From assembly GCF_018350175.1 (NCBI RefSeq), contig NC_058383.1, positions 19,780,001 through 19,844,000 on the forward strand: DNA of 64,000 nt, written 5' to 3'. The stretch comes from Felis catus. Taxonomy: Eukaryota. The notes under the pieces were generated by a model, which worked only from the letters and a program-made list of their open reading frames with translations, was not told the origin of the DNA and did not search any database. Made by a program: the position numbers and the translations under genes. This document shows positions 37,750-48,849 of this stretch, piece by piece. Numbering within the stretch: position 1 is the first letter of the stretch; every line of letters starts with the position of its first letter.

Positions 37750-37920
37750 GATTTACAATTCTGACACCAGCACCATTGACTGAGTTTTTCCCCCACACCA
37801 AGCAATTCTCTGACACCAGCTGTGTCTCCTACCCAGAGACAGCGTCAGATCCCACAGGTCAAGGGCTCGGTCCCACAAGGCTGCCCCCACACTTCAAACA
37901 CCACGTGCGGTTTGTCACCT
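37750..37920 (-). mobile_element. MER21 LTR, 3' part (split by the L1)
   Basis: ttttccccacaccaagcaattctctgacaccagctg...gcgtcagatcccacaggtcaagggctcggtcccacaag. Confidence 0.85.
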
Positions 37921-40039
37921 CCACCGATGGACATTTGGGCTCTTTCCATACTTGGGCTATTGTTGATAGTGCTGTTATAAACATGGGGGTGCATGTGTCC
38001 CTTCGAAACCGCACACCTGTATCCCGTGGATAAATGCCTAGTAGCACAATTGCTGGGTCATAGGGTAGTTCTGTTTTTAATTTTTTGAGGAACCTCCATA
38101 CTGTTTTCCAGAGTGGCTGCACCCGCTTGTGTTCCCACCAACAATGCAAAAGAGATCCTCTTTCTCCACATCCTCGCCAACATCCGTTGTTGCCTGAGTT
38201 GTTAATGTTAGCCATTCTGACAGGTGTAAGAGCATATCTCATGGTGGTTTTGATTTGTATTTCCCTGATGATGAGTGATGTTGAGCATTTTTTCATGTGT
38301 CGGTTGGCCATCTGGATGTGTTTTTTGGAGAAGTGTCTATTCATGTCTTTTGCCCATTTCTTCGCTGGATTATTTGTTTTTCGGGTGTTGAGTTTGATAA
38401 GTTCCTTATAGATTTTGCATACTAATCCTTTATCTGATATGTCGTTTGCATATATCTTCTCCCATTCTGTCAGTTGCCTTTTAGTTTTGCTGATTGTTTC
38501 CTTGGCTGTGCAGAAGCTTGTTATTTTGATGAGGTCCCAGTAGTTCATTTTTGCCTTTGTTTTCCTTGCCTCTGGAGGCGTGTTGAGTAAGAAGTTGCTG
38601 TGGGCAATTTCAAAGAGGTTTTTGCCTGCTTTCTCCTCGAGGATTTTGACGGCTTCCTGTCTTACATTGAGGTCTTTCATCCATTTTGAGTTTATTTTTG
38701 TGTATTGTGTAAGAAAGTGGTCCAGGTTCATTCTTCTGCATGTCACCGTCCAGTCTTCCCAGCACCACTTGCTGAAGAGACTGTCTTTATTCCATTGGAT
38801 ATTCTTTTCTGCTTTGTCAAAGATTAGTTGGCCATACATTTGTGGGTCCATTTCTGGGTTCTCTATACTGTTCCATTGAACCGAGTGTCTGTTCTTGTGC
38901 CAGTACCATACTGTCTTAATGATTACAGCTTTGTAGTGTAGCTTGAAGTCTGGGATTGTGATGCCTCCTGCTTTGGTTTTCTTTTTCAAGATTGCTTTGG
39001 CTATTCGGGGTCTTTTCTGGTTCCATACAAATTTTAGGATCGTTTGTTCTGGATCTGTGAAGAATGCTGGTGATATTTTGATAGCTACTGCATTGAATCT
39101 GTAGATTGCTTTGGGTAGTATTGACATTTTAACAATATTCCTTCTTCCTATCCAGGAGCATGGAATATTGTTCCATTTCTTGTGTCTTCTTTAATTTCTT
39201 TCATAAGCTTTCTATAGTTTTCAGTGTATAGATTTTTCACCTCTTTGGTTAGATTTATTCCTGGGTATTTTATGATTTTCGGTGCAATTGTAAATGGGAT
39301 CAGTTCCTTGATTTCTCTTTCTGTTGCTTCATTGTTGGTGTATAGGAATGCAACTGATTTCTGTGCATTGACTTTATATCCTGCGACTTTGCTGAATTCA
39401 TGGATCAGTTCTAGCAGTTTTTTTGGTGGCATCTTTTGGGTTTTCCATATAGAGTATCACGTCATCTGCAAAGAGTGAAAGTCTGACCTCCTCCTAACTG
39501 ATTTGGATGCCTTTTATTTCTTTGTCTTGTCTGATTGCTGAGGCTAAGACTTCCAATACTGTGTTGAATAACAGTGGTGAGAGAGGACATCCCCGTCTTG
39601 TTCCTGACCACAGGGGGAAAGCTCTCAGTTTTTCCCCATTGAGAATGATATTAGCATTGGGTCTTTTGTATATGGCTTTTATGATCTCGGGGTATGAGCC
39701 TTCTATCCCTACTTTCTTGAGAGTTTTTATTAAGAAAGGATGTTGTATTTTGTCAAATGCTTTCTCTGCATCTATTGAGAGGATCATGTGGTTCTTGTTC
39801 TTTCTTTTATTGACGTGATGAATCACATTGATTGTTTTGTGGATACTGAACCAGCCCTGCACCCCAGGTATAAATCCCACTTGGTCGTGATGAATAATTT
39901 TTTTAATGTATTGTTGGATCCAGTTGGCTAATATCTTGTTGAGGATTTTCACATCCATGTTCATCAGGGAAATTGGTCTATTCTCTTTTTTAGTGGGTTC
40001 TTTGGCTTTGGAACGAAGGTAATGCTGACTTCATAGAAA
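37921..40039 (-). pseudogene. L1 ORF2 remnant (reverse transcriptase and C-terminal CCHC region; endonuclease absent; disrupted)
   Basis: ORF-track peptides [64 protein letters not shown], ending at WKEPKCPS. Confidence 0.95.
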
Positions 40040-40050
40040 GTATAGCAAAC

Positions 40051-40686
40051 TTTTTGTTTGTCTAGGAAACTTTTAATCTCTCCTTGTATTTTGAATGATA
40101 GCCTTGCTGGATAAAGAATTCTTGACTGCATATTTTTTCCAATTTATCACATTGAATATATCCTGCCACTCCTTTCTGGCCTGCCAAGTTTCTGTGAATA
40201 GGTCTGCTGCAAACCTGATCTGTCTTCCCTTGCAGGTTAAGGACTCTTTTCCCTTGTTGCTTTCATGATTCTTTCCTTGACTGAGTATTTTGTGAATTTG
40301 ACTATGATATGCCTTGTTGATGGTCGGTTATTTTGCATCTAATGGGAGTCCTCTGTGCTTCCTGGATTTTGATGTCTGTGTCTTTCCCCAAGTTAGGAAA
40401 GTTTTCCACTATGATTTGCTCACATAACCCTTCTACCCCTACTTCTCTCTCTTCCTCTTCTGGGACCTCTATGATTCTGATGTTGTTCTTTTTTAATGAG
40501 TCACTGATTTCTCTAATTCTTAAGTCGTGCTCTTTTGCCTTAATCTCCCTCTTTTTTCTGTTTCGTTATTCTCCCTAAGTTTGTCCTCTATTTCGCTGAT
40601 TCACCACTCTGCCTTATCCATCCTTGCCGCCTGGCTATCGTTTCTTCCTGCTCTTTCTTTTGGGGTGAATTTCTTTGTTTTGTCAT
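40051..40686 (-). pseudogene. L1 ORF1 remnant (frameshifted, internal deletion)
   Basis: ATG at 40686: MTKQRNSPQKKEQEE...; later NNIRII, ENFPNLGKDTDIKIQEAQRTP, WQARKEWQDIF, KSFLDKQK. Confidence 0.9.
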
Positions 40687-41261
40687 TTTGAAGGAAGAAA
40701 GGGAATTAATAAGGTAAAAAAAGAAAAAAATTAAATTAAAACGTAAAAAAACCACACCCACACCAAAAAATCAAATAAATGATGCTAGATCCTAGGTGTG
40801 TTTTGGTCTGGGTGTTAAAAGGGGCTTGATAGATTAGAGAAAAAAAGGAAAAAGAAAAAAAAAGGAAAACATTTGAAATTTTGAAAAAATGAATACCATG
40901 AAATAGAATACAATGAAATTATGGAAGTAAAATAGAATTTGAAAAATTTACAAAAAATAAAAAATATAGTGGAAAAAAATTAAAGAAAAATATTTTTAAT
41001 AAAAACTGAAAATAAAAATAAATTTTTTCTTTCTGTATTCAAGAAAAAGAACCAAGAAAAAGAAAAGAACAAAAAAAAAAAAAGAAAATTGAATAGATGG
41101 ACCAGATAACAGACTGCAATATGACTGAGATTATTTCGTTTTCCCCAAGAAGTCAAACTGTGAAGCACTTTATAGTCCGTAAACCAAGCAGGCAGAGAGA
41201 CTCGGGTTTCTGAAGAGCGAGGTTGACCCAGTTGGGCGGGGCTTCGTGTAATTGCTCCGTT

Positions 41262-41280
41262 CTCCACTAGATGGCGCTGC
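41262..41280 (+). promoter_or_regulatory. CTCF motif within the L1 5' UTR
   Basis: CTCCACTAGATGGCGCTGC, a full match to the core CCASYAGRKGGCRS. Confidence 0.65.
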
Positions 41281-42377
41281 TTAGTTTATGGGGTGGATGG
41301 TTGTGGCGCTTGTAGGTGCGTATGCGCATGCGCCAGAGCGGCGAAAATGGCGTCATCCAGCCACCCAGTCTCTTATCAGATCTCCGTTCTCCCCGGTCAG
41401 CAATCGCGCACCCGTCCTTTGTCTTCGGCTTCTGTCTCCTCCCTGCTTTTACACCGTCTGTGACCAAACGGCACCTCCCTCCTGAGTTTTGTCTCAGATG
41501 CGGCTGTTTCTCCCGACCCCTTACTTCTGAGGGACTGTGGCTTTGACCCGTTCCGCCCCTCTGCGGGAGGGTCTCACCGAGCGATGGCCAGGTCCCGGCC
41601 GCACCCAGGAACGTTCGAGAGACCGTGCTGCTGCCGAGGCCCAGAGACCGCGACCGGGTGCCAGCCCGCCCCAGAAAGTTTGCGCGACAGTGTAGCAGCA
41701 GCGTTTCAGGGATTATGGCAAATCACGACCCGCGTCTGGCACCAGGCTTCACCCCCAGGGACCGTGTTCCAGCACCAGCGAATGTGGTTTTTCTTTGGGG
41801 TCTGCCGAGGTGGCCACACGGACTCTACCAGATGCCCTCCCAGCAGGGGAACCGCCTCTCCCGTGTGGCCCGAAGACCCCCGGATTCCACTCTGCTCCCG
41901 GGGATTCGTCCTTCCCACCAGGGCACCACCAGGTATCAGCTGCAGAGTTTCAGCCTCTGTGCTTCCCCTGTTTATAGAGTATTAATGGAATTGAAACCCT
42001 CTCCTTTCTCCTTTCTCTCTTTTTAATTCAGTCCCTGCGGCTGTTTCCACTTTTCCACTTTCTCTCCAGCTGCTTTTGGAAGGGGTGTTTTCCAGTATTC
42101 TGCCCCCACTCGCCGCCCTCATCCCCGTCTCCATCCTCTCTCCACAAGCAAAAACGGCTCCCTGCCCTCAGCGGCTTCCCTCTCCCCCGTTCACTTCTCC
42201 GCACCGCGCCCCCGCTGAGTTCTGTGGTCCAGGTTGTGCAGATTGTCGTGTTAATCCTCCGATCGGTTTTCTAGGTGTGCAGGGTGGTTTAGAGTTGGTC
42301 TGGTAGTATTTCGTGGACGCGAGACGCAAAAAAAAAAAAAAAAAACCTTCCATGCTGTTCCGCCACCTTGGCTCCTC

Positions 42378-42992
42378 TGTCACCTGTGCTTCTGGCCCAC
42401 TATACATTGGGGGTTCCCACTACCCCATCCTCGGGTTCCGTTGATTTGCTGGACCAGCCCACGAAACTCAGAGAAACATGTCACTTGCGAGATCGCCAGT
42501 TTGTTATGAAAGGATGTGACTCAGGAACAGATACAAGAGCTGCATAGGGCAAGGTATGGGGAAAGGGGACAGATCTTCCAGGCTCCATCTGGGCACCGAT
42601 CTCCCTGCAGATCCACGTGGTCCCCAACGCGGAAGCTCTCCTCTGGGTTTTTGTGGAGGCTTTACCACACAGCCACGACTGATTAAATCGTGGCCTTGGT
42701 GGCCATTCACCCTCCTGCCCTTTTCCCCTCCTTGGGGTTTGAGGGGGGTGGGCTGAAAGTCCCTCCAGTCACGTGGTTGGTTTCCCTGGCAACAGGTGCC
42801 CATCCTTAGGTGCTTTCCAAAAGTCACCTCAGTACCATGAAGTCAGATGTGGTGGAAAAGGGGTTTGCTCTGAAGATCGTGTGTCCCCTTGATTGCTGTC
42901 ATCGCTTGGGGAGTTCCAAGGGTTTTAGGAGTTCTGTGCCAGAAACAGGGACAGAGACCAAATTATTTCTTGTTACAAATCACGATATCACA
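42378..42992 (-). mobile_element. MER21 LTR, 5' part
   Basis: ttccaagggttttaggagttctgtgccagaaacagggacagagaccaaa...cacgatatcaca terminus. Confidence 0.9.
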
Positions 42993-43620
42993 GGACTCCT
43001 ATTCAAACCATTTTAGGTGATACAAAGACTTGGCCTTTGAAATACGTTGAACTGTCCGACAGGAATAACACACGAGTGTCTCGTGAGGTGGTCTCGAGGA
43101 ATAAACGCCATGCACTTAGTCACTTCTTCAACGCCTGTCACAAGGGGACCCATTAAATAAATTATGATTATCCATAGCTGTTTAAAATTATGAGACAGAT
43201 TTACAGATATTGTTATGGCATCTTCTCCCATAAATATTAAGTGTAAAAAGCAGGATGATGAAAATCTTTAGGATGTGTGCTTCCACTTGAAACGGGTGGG
43301 GAGGTTGGGGGGTATTTTCACGTCTGCTTGTATGTACGTGACTCTTTCTGGAAGGGACACCCCTTAAAATTATTACACTGGTCACCTGTGGGGACTGGAA
43401 GTGGGGACAGCAGGACTGAGTTAGGTGGAAAAATTACATTCTGACTCTGTGCCCTCTGACACTGCTTCAATTTATGACTGCATGTATCTCTTCTGTGCAC
43501 CTGTCTTGTTAATTGCAGAGAAAAAATATCCCCAGGCGATCTGGATGCCAACAGGTTTTGGAACCACCGTAGCCAACCATGACACCTGCTCAGTCAAGTG
43601 TAAGGTCCCCTAAAGGTTAC

Positions 43621-43866
43621 TTATTTATTAAAAAATTTTTTTTATTTATTAAAAAAATTTTTTAATGTTTATTTATTTTTGAGAGAGAGAGAGACAGAGC
43701 GCAAGCAGAGGAGGGGCAGAGAGAGAGGGAGACACAGAATCCGAGGCAGGGTCCGGGCTCTGAGCTGTCAGCACAGAGCCCGATGTGGGGCTCGAACCCA
43801 TGAACTGTGAGATCATGACCTGAGCCGAAGTCGGATGCTCAACCAACTGAGCCATCCAGGCGCCCC
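43621..43866 (-). mobile_element. Can-SINE
   Basis: Full body; duplicated tail unit; approximate TSD aaggttacttat / aaggttatttat. Confidence 0.95.
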
Positions 43867-46149
43867 TCCTGAAGGTTATTTATGAGGCCAAGGGTCTGGG
43901 TTTCTCTAAGAGGACCCCAAAAGTCTGTGGGCAGGAATGATGTGGAGAAGTAGCAGAGGTCTGGCCTTTCAGAGAGGTTGGCTGCACGCAGGAAGGACAA
44001 GAGGAACCCGAGATTGTTCTAGGCTCGTTCTGCATGGAGTGACGTCAGGGAGTGGTTTAGACTCAAAAGAGATCTGAGTTTTCCTGCCGTGTTCTGCCTT
44101 GCTTCCAGTTCTATTAATTATCAGGCCTCCCTGTTGTTATTATTGGGCCCCTTCACACTTGGCCTCACAGACCCCGCAGCTGCCCGGATGCCAGACGGGC
44201 AGGTTCTCAGTTTCTGGTGTCTGCTGCTTCCTGGTATTTGGGTGACCTGGTCTGCAGGCCTACAGGAGTGGGATTGCTTGAGTTCCAGGGCTCAGGGACG
44301 GTTACGTCTCCGGGACCCGTTCCTGGGCCAAGCTCTGTTCTCCCTGATTCCTTTGTCCCAACCACGGGCCTGGTCTTTCTGTGTCTCCCTCCTGATCCTA
44401 CCCGAGAGCTGTGTTTTTTCCAGAAAGGCCGCCTCTCGTTCTTCAAAGGCGTTACATCTGAGAACTCCCAACCTGCCACACGCAAAGCAGTCTCATGGGC
44501 CTCCAGGAGCAAAGGGGCAGAGGAGTCAAGGGTTAGCAACCAGGCCCCCGGACACTGGGCCAAAGGCTGCCCTCAATTATTAAGGAAGCATTCTGGGGGA
44601 GAGCGGAACTCTTTGAGCCTCGTCTTGCTATACTGGTAGCTGTCCATGGTGTGGGGCATCGCGGCCTGTGCAGGGGATTTGCCTGTCTCGTCGAAGGTTC
44701 CTGGTGCAGCTGTCGTCCCCGAGGCACAGCTGACCCCATTTCCTCATTTGAGCAATGCTGTCACTTACAGGGCCGTGCGTGAAAACACACAACACAGCCC
44801 CCGGCTGAGTGTAGGGAAAGGTAGCTGCAGCTGGACCCGGGTCCTAGTAGGAGAGGGTCTGTCCTCGACACGCACCTGCCACTGGGACTTCCGTCCAGGC
44901 ACACACAGTGCTTTCCTTCCCTTGGCAGCCTGGTGGGGGTAGGTGTCTATGCTGATATGGGCACTTCTGGGGTTGGTAGAAACAGAAGACTGGACTCATG
45001 GGGAGTTTGCAGGGAGAAGGGCTCTTGTTGAAGATGGTCTGTACCAGGGTGGGCGCTGGGGATCTGGACGCGTTCTTGGGTAGTTGAAACCCTCACGGGC
45101 CCAGTGTGGCACCAGGGCCTAGAGCTTCAGCCATTTGGATATCTAGAGGCTTGAAAGACAGAGACAGTGGACCCACCCTTTGGATCTGGAGGTCACTAAA
45201 GCACAACTCAGCCCGACCCCCACCTCCCGATGTCTCCTTGTCCCTCTCCTCTGGCTGCTAATCTGGGCCAGCTTCCTTTGGGTGTGAGATCCAGGGTCTC
45301 ACTGACTTCATGAAAAAAAGCCCTGTAAGAATTAGGGTAGCATATGGAAAGCCCTGGAAAGGAGTCGGTATAACCTTGAGCTAGTCTTGGCCCTTTCCTG
45401 TGCAGAGCGGTCAGAGTGGACTCAAAGACAGCTGATTTTCTCCCTTTTGGTTCCTTCAAGCTCCATAATTTTGGGGTCCCTTCAGGACTCATGGGTGTGA
45501 ATAGATTCGAAATGGGCACACCAGCATCCAAATCTATCCCCTGCATTGTGTAGACCTGACCCAGAAGGATGAATGTGGAAGAGATCGGGGAAGAGCCACC
45601 TTTCAGCGGGACCCTATAGTTTTTCCAAAGTTTCTGGAGGAGATGTGTTGAATGACTTCGCCCCACTGTGCCCTCCAGCAGCCGCTGGAAGAGTAAAGCC
45701 TCAGTGCCACCCAGCAGGAACCGTCTCATTCGCAAGCCTCAGAACCAATTTTTGTGAATTTAATTAATCACAGTTTACATGCTAATAACCCTTGAAATAT
45801 TTTTATGGGTAAATAATGGTTATTCCCCGCTGTGGGGGGAATCCGTTGGTTCTAGTGTTCACACAGGTTTTATTCCCCATCGTGTGATTGATTAGAGAGT
45901 GAGGCTGATGCCTACCGTCACGACAGGAGGAGAGAGGTGTGATTTTCATTTTATGGATGAGGCCTGGAGAAGGCAGGCTGTTTCCCAGTAGATGCTTGAA
46001 AAAGTAGTGGCCAGTCCCCAGTGTGGCCACTTTTCCTTCTAGGCCTCCTGGTATAGCATCATGATTATGATTCTACTGTATTAATCATTATCTCATGACC
46101 ACTACCACCACTACCATTTTCGCTACTTAAAACCAGTTTTCTCACCAAT

Positions 46150-46725
46150 ACAACCACCCCATCAGCATCATCATCACATCACCATCACTACCACCACTAT
46201 CACTATTTTACTCGCCATCATCACCATCACCACCACCACCATTACCCTTATCGCCATAACCGCCACCATCACCACCACTACCAACATGACCACCATCATC
46301 ACCACCATCACCACCATCATCACCATCACCACCACTGCCATCACCACCACCATCACCACCACCACCACCACCACCACCACCACCACCACCACCATCACCA
46401 CCATTACCCTTATCACCATCACCACCACTACCAACACCACCACCATCATCACCATCACCATGACCATCACCATCACCACCATCATCACTATCATCACCAC
46501 CACTGCCATCATCACCATCACCACCACCATCACCACCACCACCATCATCAACACTTCCATCATCACCATCATCACCACCATCGTTACCATCATTATCACC
46601 TCTACGTCACCATCACAGCCAACACTGCCATCACCCCCATCATCACCACTTCCATCATCTCCATCATCCCTATTATCATCACCACCACCACAGCCCTTAA
46701 TGCCACTGTCACAATCACCATGATT
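46150..46725. repeat. (CAC/CAT)n tandem array
   Basis: Visible directly. Confidence 0.96.
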
Positions 46726-47077
46726 ACTGCTACAATGATACAATCTCAACCTTGATTACTTTTCTGTACCTAGGAGGTGCTACTCCATCCCATCCAGAAA
46801 CCCAGCATCCTCCTTGGGCCCTCCCACCACTCTTTCTTTTTCCCCACATCTTCACACCTCCCACTGATTCTGCCTCCTGCATGTCTCTTCAAGTTATGTC
46901 ATCATCTTTCCATATTTACATATATTTTTCTATATATATGTTCTCATAATTTCTCAGTTGCTTTCCTGCAAAACTGGCCTATTTCTATCCGGTGTAGTGC
47001 TAGAATGTCTTTCTAATATGGAAATATGACTTCTGTGATTATATTTGGTACTCCAACTTGAGTACTATATAAACTAT

Positions 47078-47309
47078 GTTTTTTTAAAGAGAGAGAGCAC
47101 AAGTGAGGGAAAGGGGCAGAGGGAAGGAGGGAGGGAGGGAGAGAGAGAGACAGAGAGACAGACAGACAGAGAGACACAGGGAGAATCTTAAGTAGGATCC
47201 ATGCTCAGCACAGAGCCCAACATGGGGCTCGATTCCATGACCCTGGGACCATGACCTGAGCTGAAATCAAGAGTCAGATGCCTAACCTACAGAGCCACCC
47301 AGGCATCCC
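47078..47309 (-). mobile_element. Can-SINE
   Basis: TSD TATATAAACTAT at 47066-47077 and 47310-47321. Confidence 0.95.
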
Positions 47310-47340
47310 TATATAAACTATTTTTATAAAGAATATTCTA

Positions 47341-47563
47341 GGGGCGCCTGGGTGGCGCAGTCGGTTAAGCGTCCGACTTCAGCCAGGTCACGATCTCGCG
47401 GTCCGTGAGTTCGAGCCCCGCGTCAGGCTCTGGGCTGATGGCTCAGAGCCTGGAGCCTGTTTCCCATTCTGTATCTCCCTCTCTCTCTGCCCCTCCCCCG
47501 TTCATGCTCTGTCTCTCTCTGTCCTAAAAATAAATAAACGTTGAAAAAAAAATTAAAAAAAAA
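47341..47563 (+). mobile_element. Young SINEC_Fc
   Basis: TSD AAAGAATATTCTA at 47328-47340 and 47564-47576. Confidence 0.97.
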
Positions 47564-47651
47564 AAAGAATATTCTATGGACTTCATATGGGCTTAACCAT
47601 TTTTTATTTTAGTATTGCTCAGCTATTTACAAACAAAACTAGGTATCAATT

Positions 47652-47848
47652 CAGTCTTCATGTGAATCTGATCCACCATCCATTGTAAGATACATAATTA
47701 TTTTTTTTGATGTGTAATTATTTTACGTAGCATGAAGACAGAAAACGTGCTGTCAGTTGTAATTATAAGAGGCTATAGATTTTAAGATGCATCCCAATTT
47801 CAGAGTCAACATGTGACAAAAATTATGTTTTAGAATCAATGACAAAAG
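47652..47848. mobile_element. MER104-like TcMar-Tc2 element
   Basis: ccatccattgtaagatacat; taagatgcatcccaatttcagag; ttagaatcaatga. Confidence 0.65.
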
Positions 47849-48375
47849 TTCATAAACAGCTGTAAGACTAACACAAATTAGAAACTATGTACAAATAAAA
47901 GTGATAAAATTCAAAGTAGTGTTATTTTGTTAATATGATAGATGATGTTGTTTTGTTGAAGCTAATTTGCCACTTACTGAGGATAAATTGCTGTTTTGGC
48001 ACAGGTCCTTTTGAGTTCCACTGCCTTTATTACTTTGGGTGGTGCGGAGACCCAATCTTCCTACCCTTTTTTCTAGGAACACTTCCCTGTCATAGCAAGC
48101 CACCAATTGGCCTTTAACTGCCACAAACGCATCATCCGCATATCAACTCTACTTCCTTTCTTTCCCCCTTGTCCTGGGACAATTGAAACATTATAACTAG
48201 ACCCCAAAGTGATCCCAGGCAAAGACACCACGTGGCCACTACAATTCCATGCTGGTTGTCGGGGAGAGGATCCAGAACGTGCTGATATTTGGTGAACACA
48301 TCAAAGTTTTAAAAGTTCTTGCTGAGCACTCACATAAATCCCTAAGTATAAATCAGCATATTCTGGGGGATCCTT

Positions 48376-48610
48376 TTTTTTTTTTTTTTTTTTTTAATTT
48401 TTTTTCAACGTTTTTATTTATTTTTGGGACAGAGAGAGACAGAGCATGAACGGGGGAGGGGCAGAGAGAGAGGGAGACACAGAATCGGAAACAGGCTCCA
48501 GGCTCCGGGCCATCAGCCCAGAGCCTGACGCGGGGCTCGAACCCACAGACCGCGAGATCGTGACCTGGCTGAAGTCGGACACTTAACCGACTGCGCCACC
48601 CAGGCGCCCC
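48376..48610 (-). mobile_element. Young SINEC_Fc
   Basis: CpG-intact body; flanked by GGGGATCCTT. Confidence 0.97.
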
Positions 48611-48622
48611 GGGGGGATCCTT

Positions 48623-48849
48623 TTTTTAAAAAGTGTATTGATTGATTGATTGATTGAGAGAGAGAGAGGGAGAGAGAGAGAGAGAGAAGGCGGGGAGGGG
48701 GGGAGAGAGAGGGAGAGAGAATCTTAAGCAGGCTCCACACTGTCAGCATGGAGCCTGACGTGGGACTCGATCTCATGAACCATGAGATCATGACCTGAGC
48801 CGAAATCAAGAGTCAGGATACTTAACCGAGTGAGCCACCCAGGTGCCCC
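48623..48849 (-). mobile_element. Older Can-SINE
   Basis: Antisense body; flanked by GGGGATCCTT. Confidence 0.93.

Larger units (their letters stand above)
37921..42377 (-). mobile_element. Carnivore L1 LINE: 5'-intact, internally deleted, 3'-truncated
   Basis: 5' end GAGGAGCCAAGGTGGCGGAACAGCATGGAAG; ORF1 and ORF2 homology; flanked by TGTCACCT at 37913-37920 and 42378-42385. Confidence 0.95.

Noticed and set aside
37859..39127. 422-aa ORF as a functional or domesticated gene
   Set aside because: It is the C-terminal fragment of a disrupted L1 ORF2 reading out into MER21; nothing indicates selection.
45208..45735. 175-aa minus-strand ORF in unique sequence
   Set aside because: No recognisable protein family or clear splice structure.
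46174..46749. 191-aa and 145-aa low-complexity ORFs
   Set aside because: Same microsatellite artefact.
48131..48142. YADD reverse-transcriptase-like motif on the minus strand
   Set aside because: Immediately preceded by an in-frame stop and lacks other RT motifs; probably chance. The 47850-48360 block remains unclassified.
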